In this document: positions 54,311 to 64,000 of the stretch, piece by piece
Layout: the number at the start of each line of letters is the position of its first letter
Position numbering within the stretch: position 1 is the first letter of the stretch
Assembly: GCF_002113885.1 (NCBI RefSeq)
Contig: NW_018408798.1
Location: 151,410 to 215,409 of the forward strand
From: Mizuhopecten yessoensis
Taxonomy: Eukaryota
Direction: 5' to 3'
Length of the DNA stretch: 64,000 bases
Translations under genes and position numbers: made by a program
Notes under the pieces: generated by a model
Databases searched by the model: none
The model's input: the letters and a program-made list of their open reading frames with translations, nothing else
What the model was told of the DNA's origin: nothing

Positions 54311-54884
54311 GAATAGCTATGATAGCCAACATTAGCAGTTAATTGAGCAGTGATTGGTTATATACAGTTCCACTACTAAAGGGAGGTAAATCCTGCTGGT
54401 ATTGGATCCTGTCAGTATAACCAGGGGCCAAGGGTTGTGAATAAGAGTCACACCTTGCAAGGCTTTGTGAAGAGACACACTTTGTAATTGATATCCGCAG
54501 GGATGAAATTACTACACATTACTCATAGATTTGAAAAAAAAATGGATGTCAAAAGAAAAAGAAATGATATTGATTGTCATGGTGGCAGCCAGGGTTACTA
54601 GATTTCATGATTTTACTAGCACAGTGTCTTTACACCATTGTCTTCCACGCTTGTGAAACATTTTGATGCAGATTTCTTATAAAAATACTGCACATCATCC
54701 GCTGTAGCTTTTAACAGTAGTACACATACTTATTTTGGCTCACTCAATTTTTAGTGCATTATTGAGATTTCAATAGATTAGCTAATGGATGAATTGAGCA
54801 CCCTCAGTACATGAAGTAGAAAACTATACAGAAAGTGCACAATCACATTTTAGTGCAATAATTCAAACAAGAAAAGTGCAAAAC

Positions 54885-55366
54885 TAAGATTATGGTACTA
54901 CAAAAACAAAAATACAACAAAAATAAGATCAGTGCTATAATAAGATTACCATTTAAATAAGATTTCCACTAAAATAAGATTTCCACTAAAATAAGATTTC
55001 CTCTACAATAAGATTACCACTACAATAAGATCACTGCTACGATAAGATTACCACTACAATAAGATCACCGCTACAATCAGATCACCACTACCATAAGATT
55101 ACCACTACAATAAGATTACCACTACAATAAGATTACCACTACAATAAGATCACTGTTACAATAAGATTATTACTAAAATAAGATAACCACTACAATAAGA
55201 TCACCACTACCATAAGATTATTACTAAAATAAGATTACCACTACAATAAGATTACTGCTACAATAAGATTACCACTACAATAAGATTACTGCTATATCAG
55301 ATTACCACTACAATAAGATCACCATGACAATAAGATCACCACTACAATAAGATTAGCACTAAAATA
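54885..55366 (+). repeat. 17-bp minisatellite (AATAAGATTACCACTAC), ~26 copies
   Basis: Unit read directly. Confidence 0.93.
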
Positions 55367-55928
55367 ATACACATGTTTATTTACAGTTGATTTATGACCC
55401 CTGCTGATCGTTCATGTCATAATAAATATCGGCGTTGTTCTGTTTTGTAACTTATCTATTATGAGAGGTCCAGATGTTAGTGCACTAAAGCACAACATTA
55501 AAATCCAACAGTACAACACAGCTCTGGTGGGCCAGTAACCCAGTAACCCACTTACATCTCAACACAACCTGACGTTAAAAAGTACAATGATGTTGTTATT
55601 AATCAGTGACATGTCCTTGTTTAAAATATAGATATTTTGTTTTAATGACTTTATAGATATTACAGATAAAAAAGGCAATGAAGTTTAAATGTGGTATTTA
55701 AAGGATCCCATTAAATGGAAGCCACATTAAACACAGTACATACAACATACAAATCCTGGTGACGGAAGTTAAGGTAAAAGGTACCACTTCATCATTAATA
55801 ATCACAGAAAAGAGTTCTACTCTGTGGGGTTTTAACTTGGAATAATGTCCCTTTTGTATAGAAGATGAAGCAACTAAAAGGAATGTTCTGGTTTAGAGTT
55901 ACTTCCCCTGTCAAGTTCAATGTTCATT

Positions 55929-56410
55929 CCCATTATCTGATGCACTGTAGGCTCTTTAACCAAGTTACAATGAACACCATAGATACCTTAAATATTCATT
56001 TGAACCCTGAACGCTTAATTTATAGTGGCCCAAATCTGTCTCAAGATGATAACATACTAATATTTGATAAGGTACAAAGGTACATGTTAGAGTCGGGTAG
56101 ATTCTAGGTGCTAGCTGGGATCTTTTCATGCTCTCTTCATTACTGTTTCCTTTCTTCTATCATACCTACCTGCATATTTTTTTTTAATTTTTGGTTCATC
56201 AAATAGAATGGTCAGTATTATCACAAACTGTTAATCTAAACAATCTATGTGTATTAATTAACTGTATGTTGTAGTACTTCTTTAATGTAATTACATTTCA
56301 AGGGAGATGGCTTAATACAAGATTTAAAATCTTGTTGCCCGATCCTATTTATATTTATATTAACCTGTGTACTTATTATATATGATATATGAAATAAATA
56401 TTGTTTAAAC
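55929..56410 (+). mobile_element. 5'-truncated non-LTR retrotransposon (CR1/L2-group LINE): ORF2 C-terminus plus 3' UTR
   Basis: Peptide HYLMHCRLF...LIYSGPNLSQDDNILIFDKVQRYMLESGRF* (stop 56105-56107) resembles invertebrate CR1-group ORF2 tails; UTR ends AAATAAATATTGTTTAAAC; 11-bp direct repeat CAATGTTCATT at 55918-55928 and 56411-56421. Confidence 0.85.
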
Positions 56411-57142
56411 CAATGTTCATTTTAAATTTTATGGACTTCTTGGACCATAAATTGGCCTGTCACTTTGGTACTGTTCATTTATAATTCTTAGATGGCGAAG
56501 GCTTGGTATTCTAAAGTTCCTGGGTTTGACCCTTGCAGTTTTGTTTGTTTTTTTGTTGTTGTTTTATATTTCTGTTTTCAAACATGCAAACTTAAAAAAA
56601 CAACTAGTTTTATGAAATGCATGACAGCATGTCTTTTGTATGGAGTATTTTTTTTAAAAAGGACTTCAATATATTTCACTACAGTTAGGGTGGTAATCAT
56701 AAAGTTTAACCTGCTGGTACCCTTCACCTTAAAGGTGTTAGTATGTAGTATTATATTGAAAACAAACCGAATCATCAGGGGTTCATATTTTTGTATACTG
56801 CTTACACAAAACTTCCCATATCTAAGAACATTCTTCGCTGAAATGTTCTGAAATTCCACATTAAATCTAAAATGTTCTAGAACTCAATTTTCCACAAATT
56901 ATTCACATCGTAAGGTCAAGAGGTGAAGTTTTAAATTCATAAATACTTCAATAATTTAAGAAATATAACCTAAAACAAATTTGATTTTGAGAATTGAAAA
57001 ATGTTTTTTAAGTTAAGAAGTTTTTACGATTTTGGGGCAAAATTTAAAATGTTATAAAAATTAAGACGTGTTGGGATTTCTGGGATAAAATGAGAAAGTT
57101 CTAGTAATTATGATGTTTTGTGATTTTTGTGCTTGACATATT

Positions 57143-57254
57143 TAGTGACCAGCCTAAGAGGGACACAGGGTAGTGACCAGCCTAAGAGGGACACAGGGTA
57201 GTGAAAGGGCTAAGAGGGACACAGGGTAGTGAACAGCCTAAGAGGGACACAGGG
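57143..57254 (+). repeat. 28-bp tandem repeat (TAGTGACCAGCCTAAGAGGGACACAGGG), 4 copies
   Basis: Read directly. Confidence 0.92.
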
Positions 57255-58114
57255 ATTAACATGTAACCACTGTACTTCATACCAGCACCACCACCCTCCA
57301 GTCTGATGTAACTGTTAATGCTGAATCAGTGATTGTATAGCCCAATAGCATGTCACTCTCCTGTATAGTGTAAGGGGAATAACTCTTTCCTCCTTAAGCA
57401 GTTCTCTGCTGCAGGCTGGGAAGTTAAATGTGCTAACAGAAGTAATGTAATATCATTGACTTCATTGGTTCAATTGATTCGGTTCATTTAAGGTTATCAA
57501 AATTTGAAGTTACATGTGAAAGGAAAAAGAAAGTATTATTCCATGTGTATAATGACATTCAAATGACCCATCAAGGTTATAACGGGTTTTGGAACACCTG
57601 TTATATTTGTGTTTCCTGAATTTTTTTTTATCTCATCATTGCTGAAACCAGAAAACAGTTTTTGGGATAAAAACTTTGAGATATCATAAACAAGGTGTTT
57701 ACCCACTTTTGGTTTTTTTTCCAATACTGTAACAACCAAGTTTCAATTAATGTGTTGATTCCAACTATTGTTTTATTTTGGGATACAGACATTTCTGGCA
57801 AAAATCACCTAATGCCTATCTGTTAGTACTTGACAAGAAGCTACTCGGCAAGCTATGTAAATACCTGGTAATTTGGGAAACGCTGCCAGTAATCAGGAAC
57901 ACTCATCTACTCGAGTACGAGAGAAATGTACAACTACGTCAATCCTAGCGATCGTGATGGTGAACGAGGAAAAAAGGCACGGAGAAGATGATGTCAGAGA
58001 TTATTGTTTACTGCTGTACCACAATATACATGTCTGTAGTCTAAGTAGTCTTAATGGAGGTGGTGGTGGTGGTGGGGGTAAACATACAATATAAATATGA
58101 TATAATATATAACC

Positions 58115-59323
58115 TGATGTTATGAGGTCAATGTTATGAGGGAGAATACACACGATGTTATGAGGTAATACACATGATGTTATGAGGTAATACACATGAT
58201 GTTATGAGGTCAATGTTATAAGGGAGAATACACACGATGTTTTGAGGTAATACACATGATGTTATGAGGTAATACACATGATGTTATGAGGTAATACACA
58301 TGATGTTATAAGGTAATACACAGGATGTTATGAGGTAATACACAGGATGTTATGAGGTAATACACAGGATGTTATGAGGTAATACACAGGATGTTATGAG
58401 GTAATACACATGATGTTATGAGGTAATACACATGATGTTATGAGGTAATACACATGATGTTATGAGGTAATACACAGGATGTTATGAGGTAATACACAGG
58501 ATGTTATGAGGTAATACACAGGATGTTATGAGGTAATACACATGATGTTATGAGGTAATACACATGATGTTATGAGGTAATACACATGATGTTATGAGGT
58601 AATACACAGGATGTTATGAGGTAATACACATGATGTTATGAGGTAATACACATGATGTTATGAGGTAATACACATGATGTTATGAGGTAATACACAGGAT
58701 GTTATGAGGTAATACACAGGATGTTATGAGGTAATACACATGATGTTATGAGGTAATACACATGATGTTATGAGGTAATACACATGATGTTATGAGGTAA
58801 TACACAGGATGTTATGAGGTAATACACATGATGTTATGAGGTAATACACATGATGTTATGAGGTAATACACATGATGTTATGAGGTAATACACAGGATGT
58901 TATGAGGTAATACACATGATGTTATGAGGTAATACACATGATGTTATGAGGTAATACACATGATGTTATGAGGTAATACACAGGATGTTATGAGGTAATA
59001 CACATGGTGTTATGAGGTAATACACAGGATGTTATGAGGTAATACACATGATGTTATGAAGTAATACACATGATGTTATGAGGTCAATGTTATGAGGGAG
59101 AATACACACGATGTTTTGAGGTAATACACATGATGGTATAAGGTAATACACATGATGTTATGAGGTCAATGTTATGAGGGAGAATACACACGATGTTTTG
59201 AGGTAATACACATGATGTTATGAGGTAATACACGTGATGTTATGAGGTAATACACATGATGTTATGAGGTAATACACAGTATGTTATGAGGTAATACACA
59301 TGATGTTATGAAGTAATACACAT
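58115..59323 (+). repeat. 22-bp minisatellite (GATGTTATGAGGTAATACACA[T/G]), ~53 copies
   Basis: Unit read directly. Confidence 0.97.
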
Positions 59324-61984
59324 CTATGAGACTATAATGTACAGAATTGATTTTATTGAGAGGATTTGAAGTTGTGTGCACTGGTGATGACTGGTCTTAA
59401 GGAGACAGATTTCTGTGACAGATCTCAGCACCATGTCAATGTAACCCCGCCACACTTCATTATCTATTAATTGATTGAAACCCTTCCATTTTCTAGTCAC
59501 ACACACTCAGAGATTACAGAACATGAATGCATAAGTAAAAAGTTACCGAGCTTTAACCTGTACTGGTAACGAACTGTTTCAATCCCTTGTAGGTATTTCA
59601 TCATTGTTTACGTCACGATAAAATCTTTTTCGATAATCCGCTGTGTATAACGTATTTACTATATTCCTGTATATACCTGTGTTATTTACATTACTCTTGC
59701 TGGGTTGAAGCCTTCGCATAAATGTACATCTTAGTACATGAAGTATATAGGTGATATCAGTGTATATCTACAGTACCGTTCACAGACAACCCAGTGCTGT
59801 AGATTCACTTTAATTAGGTTTGTGAGACAAAAGCTCCTTTAAACGATCTGCAGAGCTTATATTGTTTGTTGTATATGCCCACGAACCCTATATATTTTTT
59901 TATCTCAACACACACTTAATTCAGGAGCCCAAGACCTTATACTCTCCTACTTCATAATTAGGACATTACTTTGTGTCACTTACTGTATACTTCGTAATAC
60001 CTTAGGTTTAAATAACTGTCACATTATTCTTAAATTCATATGAATATTAACCTTGGCTTTTTTGCTAAAATAAAAAATACCACAAAAATATAACTAATTT
60101 ACAGTGTTTCTTCCCTCTCGAATGATGGCACAATTATATGTATAACGGGGTCACTTGTTAACATACAATAACGAACTACTAAACTATTAGATTTACTACA
60201 TAGTATTTGATTTCCTATATTTGTTAAAAAACAACACCATTTGGATGAGGTATTCAGACAGACACAGCCAATATCTGTTGTTGAATCTTTCAATGCTTTT
60301 GCATATTTTGTTTAATAGCTGCATTTGTCACTGTTGTCTTGGTAGTAAATAAGGACATGTGACCAGTGTCTCTAATGTATGGTGTTGACACCATTTACAT
60401 CTATATAGGTTTATATACAAAGGCATGTAGATTTCAATAATATATTGGTTTTAATGGAATAATTATGATCACCTATTCTAGTTAAAAATCAAAATGAGAA
60501 AACATTTGAAGTTATTATCTGTTTGTAGATACTAGGGGATAGTCAAATTTAGAATTTAGGATATGAGGAGACCGNGAGGGGGGGGGGAATTTAATATTAG
60601 GGCTGTGAATTTTCATTACCAGTTAATTATATGTTTAACTTTCTTGAATGTGTAAGTTGGAATAAAACAGCACTGTTGAATAGATGGGATGAGATATTTT
60701 CTTTGGGATAAATTATAACAAGCGATATGCTGCAGGTTATATAAACATATCTATAAATTTTACACAGTGTTGTATACTCAGTAACACATAAGTTTCTGGC
60801 ACTTACTGGTTAGAGGATTTTAGTGTACGGTTTTGTATCAAATTTGTTCCTGCAGTGTTAGACTGACACATGGTGTGTATGTTGCTACTGTTCTATTTAA
60901 TTTCTAATACGTCATGTTGACTATAAATTGAAATTCAGAACACTTATTTTATGTTTATGGTACAGGTGTTGTGAGTTTTAATTATTGTACATAAGATTAA
61001 GATTGCCGATTGCCGTTAGCTTTGCTCTCAAGGGAATTGTTCCTTTTGTAAAGTCTGTAGAGCGGTGGACTGGGAAGTGTGGGGGGTCACTGGTTTGATC
61101 CCCGTGGAAGCACACTGCTACTAAAATAGTGTTTGTGGCTCTATTTGTAGTGACAGAGAGTTAGAACGTGGGTTGAAGCATTGTTTGGGATGGAGTGTGG
61201 CAGGTTTTAATTTTACATAAAATGTCTTTGAGACAACCTATGAACTAGGTTGTGATAAAGCGGTACTTAAGAACCTCAAATTTTCATTATTATTATTATA
61301 TTATTATCCTCCTAGGAAGCTTGAGATCAATGGTTTGGAAGCGAACTATACTCTTTATGTGATGTCTGTAACAAATGTACCCTAGGTGTAGAATCTTCTG
61401 CATCATTACAGAAAATAACCATTCATTTACAGGTTTTCTGCAAACATTTATAGAAAAAAGAACAACCTCAGTATATATGTTTTTCTGACATTTGATACTG
61501 AATCCATGTATTCTGCTTGGACAACGTGTTTGTCCTACCATTTCCAGGTAATGAGACCTATAAATATCTGGTGACACGTATAACCCACTACACTGGCTGT
61601 ACTTTTAGGGCTGCTGAATGGGTGCTGTAACCCAATCTTGGTGGTGGTGATGATACTATGTATGGATTTCCCAAACCTTTTTGTTTTGTAAGTGATCTCT
61701 GAATTAGATAGGTCTTTGAAAACAGTTTGTTTCTCTGGACAACGTGTCTCTAAAAATATGGTTTCGGATGGCGTTTAAGTGGATTCTGAATACAACTGAT
61801 CATTGAAGGCTTTTGTTTCCCATGACATAATGAATGTATCAATGCTGGATTACGTGTTCTGTATGAAAAATCCCTGAAATCCTTTGTCTTATTGCTGCTA
61901 ATAGCTCATGATATTTGAATTTATTGGTCTTTGAAAACACTGTTTTTCAAGATAATTAAGTGGTTTCTGAAACCATTTGTTACG

Positions 61985-64000
61985 AGATCTCTGTAAACAG
62001 GTTGTCTCATTGCCTATACCTCTCTTGACAAGTGATCTCTGTAACCAGGTTGTCTCATTGCCTAGACCTCTCTTGATAACTGATCTCTGTAACCAGGATG
62101 TCTCATTGTCTAGACCTCTCTTACAAGTGATCTCTGTGAACAGGTTGTCTCATTGCCTATATCTCTCTTGCTCTGTAACCAGGTTGTCTCACGGTCTAGA
62201 CCCCTCTTGACAAGTGATCTCTGTAAATAGGTTGTCTCATTGCCGAGACCTCTCTTGACATGTGATCTCATTTGACAGGTATCTAATGTCATGAGGAGTG
62301 ATCTTTCATTATATGGGATTTCTGTAAACAGGTTGTCGCATTGCATAGACCTCTCTTGATAACTGATCTCTGTAACCAGGTTGTCTCACGGTCTAGACCC
62401 CTCTTGACAAGTGATCTGTGTAAACAGGTTGTCACATTGCCTAGACCTCTCTTGACAATTGATCGCTGTAAACAGGTTGTCTTATTGCCTAGACCTCTCT
62501 TGCTAAGTGATCTCTGTAACCAGGCTGTCTCATTGTCTAGACCGCTCTTGATAAGTGATATATGTAAACAGGTTGTCGCATTGCATAGACCTCTCTTGAT
62601 AACTGATCTCTGTAACCAGGTTGTCTCATTGTCTAGACCTCTCTTGATAAGTGATATCTGTAAACAGGTTGTCTCATTGCCTAGACCTCTCTTGATAAGT
62701 GATCTCTGTAAACAGGTTGTCTCATTGCCTAGACCTCTCTTGACAAGTGATCTCTGTAAACAGGTTTTCTCATTGCCTAGAACTCTCTTGACAAGTGATC
62801 TCTGTAACCAGGTTGTCTCATTGCCTAGACCTCTCTTGATAAGTGATCTCTGTAAACAGGTTGTCGCATTGCCTAGACCTCTCTTGATAAGTGATCTCTG
62901 TAACCAGGTTGTCTCATTGTGTAGACCTCTCTTGGCAAGTGATCTCTGTAAACAGGTTGTCTTATTGCCTAGACCTCTCTTGGCAAGTGATCTCTGTAAA
63001 CAGGTTGTTTCATTGCCTAGACCTCTCTTGACAAGTGATCTCTGTAACCAGGTTGTCTCATTTCCTAGACCTCTCTTGATAAGTGATCTCTGTAACCAGG
63101 TTGTCTCATTGTGTAGACCTCTCTTGACAAGTGATCTCTGTAAACAGGTTGTCTTATTGCCTAGACCTCTCTTGACAAGTGATCTCTGTAAACAGGTTGT
63201 CTCATTGCCTAGACCTCTCTTGATAAGTGATCTCTGTAACCAGGTTGTCTCATTGTGTAGACCTCTCTTGACAAGTGATATCTGTAAACAGGTTGTCTTA
63301 TTGCCTAGACCTCTCTTGGCAAGTGATCTCTGTAAACAGGTTGTCTTATTGCCTACACCTCTCTTGACAAGTGATCTCTGTAAACAGGTCGTCTCATTGT
63401 CTAGACCTCTCTTGACAAGTGATCTCTGTAAACAGGTTGTCGCATTGCCTAGACCTCTCTTGATAAGGGATCTCTGTAAACAGGTTGTCTCATTGCCTAG
63501 ACCGCTCTTGATAAGTGATCTCTGTAAACAGGTTGTCGCATTGCCTAGACCTCTCTTGATAAGTGATCTCTATAAACAGGTTGTCTCATTGCCTAGACCT
63601 CTCTTGACAAGAGATCTCTGTAACCAGGTTGTCTCATTGGCTAGACATCTCTTGATAAGTGATCTCTGTAACCAGGTTGTCTCATTGTGTAGACCTCTCT
63701 TGACAAGTGATCTCTGTAAACAAGTTGTCTCATTGCCTAGACCTCTCTTGATAAGTGATCTCCGTAAACAGGTTGTCTCATTGCCTAGACCTCTCTCGAC
63801 AAGTGATCTCTGTAACCAGGTTGTCTCATTGCCTAGACCTCTCTTGACAAGAGATCTCTGTAACCAGGTTGTCTCATTGCCTAGACATCTCTTGATAAGT
63901 GATCTCTGTAACCAGGTTGTCTCATTGCGTAGACCTCTCTTGACAAGTGATCTCTGTAAACAGGTTGTCTCATTGCCTAGACCTCTCTTGATAAGTGATC
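61985..64000 (+). repeat. 48-bp minisatellite (GTGATCTCTGTAAACAGGTTGTCTCATTGCCTAGACCTCTCTTGA[C/T]AA); runs off window end
   Basis: Period 48 (62701, 62749); interrupted once near 62265-62318. Confidence 0.97.

Noticed and set aside
60570-60590. Single N at 60575 beside a G run
   Set aside because: Sequencing/assembly ambiguity at a homopolymer; not biological
61050-61120. tRNA-like sequence (TAGAGCGGTGGACT..GGTTTGATCCCC); similar at ~56490-56540
   Set aside because: No complete cloverleaf; at most decayed SINE heads, too weak to call
1-64000. 6-bp palindromes (GTTAAC, GATATC, GAATTC, GGTACC, CAATTG) in many array units as a general rule
   Set aside because: A 25-60-bp AT-rich unit contains a 6-bp palindrome by chance quite often; not claimable without statistics

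Overview
This is eukaryotic, AT-rich, CpG-poor genomic DNA. The transposon types (Helentron/HINE-like element with ~160-bp subunits, tRNA SINE, CR1/L2-type LINE 3' end) point to an invertebrate, most likely a bivalve mollusc (inference). By my hand tally about half of the 64 kb is tandem repeat: roughly 30 separate minisatellite arrays with 17-321 bp units and 2 to >120 copies. Nearly all long ORFs in the track are artefacts of these arrays. Between the arrays I can support: a TIR element with a 5-bp TSD (8188-9177), a tRNA-derived SINE (- strand, ~11280-11518), an intact HINE-like element carrying a 321-bp internal array (37441-39422), a 5'-truncated LINE with an 11-bp TSD (55929-56410), a probable very old piggyBac transposase relic (- strand, ~47240-48245) and several decayed MITE fragments. 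No complete gene is present. One plausible small coding exon (30577-30689, +) suggests the window is intron or 5' region of a large gene. No CRISPR array, rRNA or functional tRNA was found. The most notable observations are: strand inversions inside the first array that break exactly at its GTAC palindromes; a solitary ~15-bp motif (AGAGTTATCTCCCTT-like) dispersed about every 5-6 kb; several unrelated arrays apparently seeded by the same pogo/Tigger-type MITE terminus; and strict higher-order periodicity inside arrays. I found no convincing new protein-based system.
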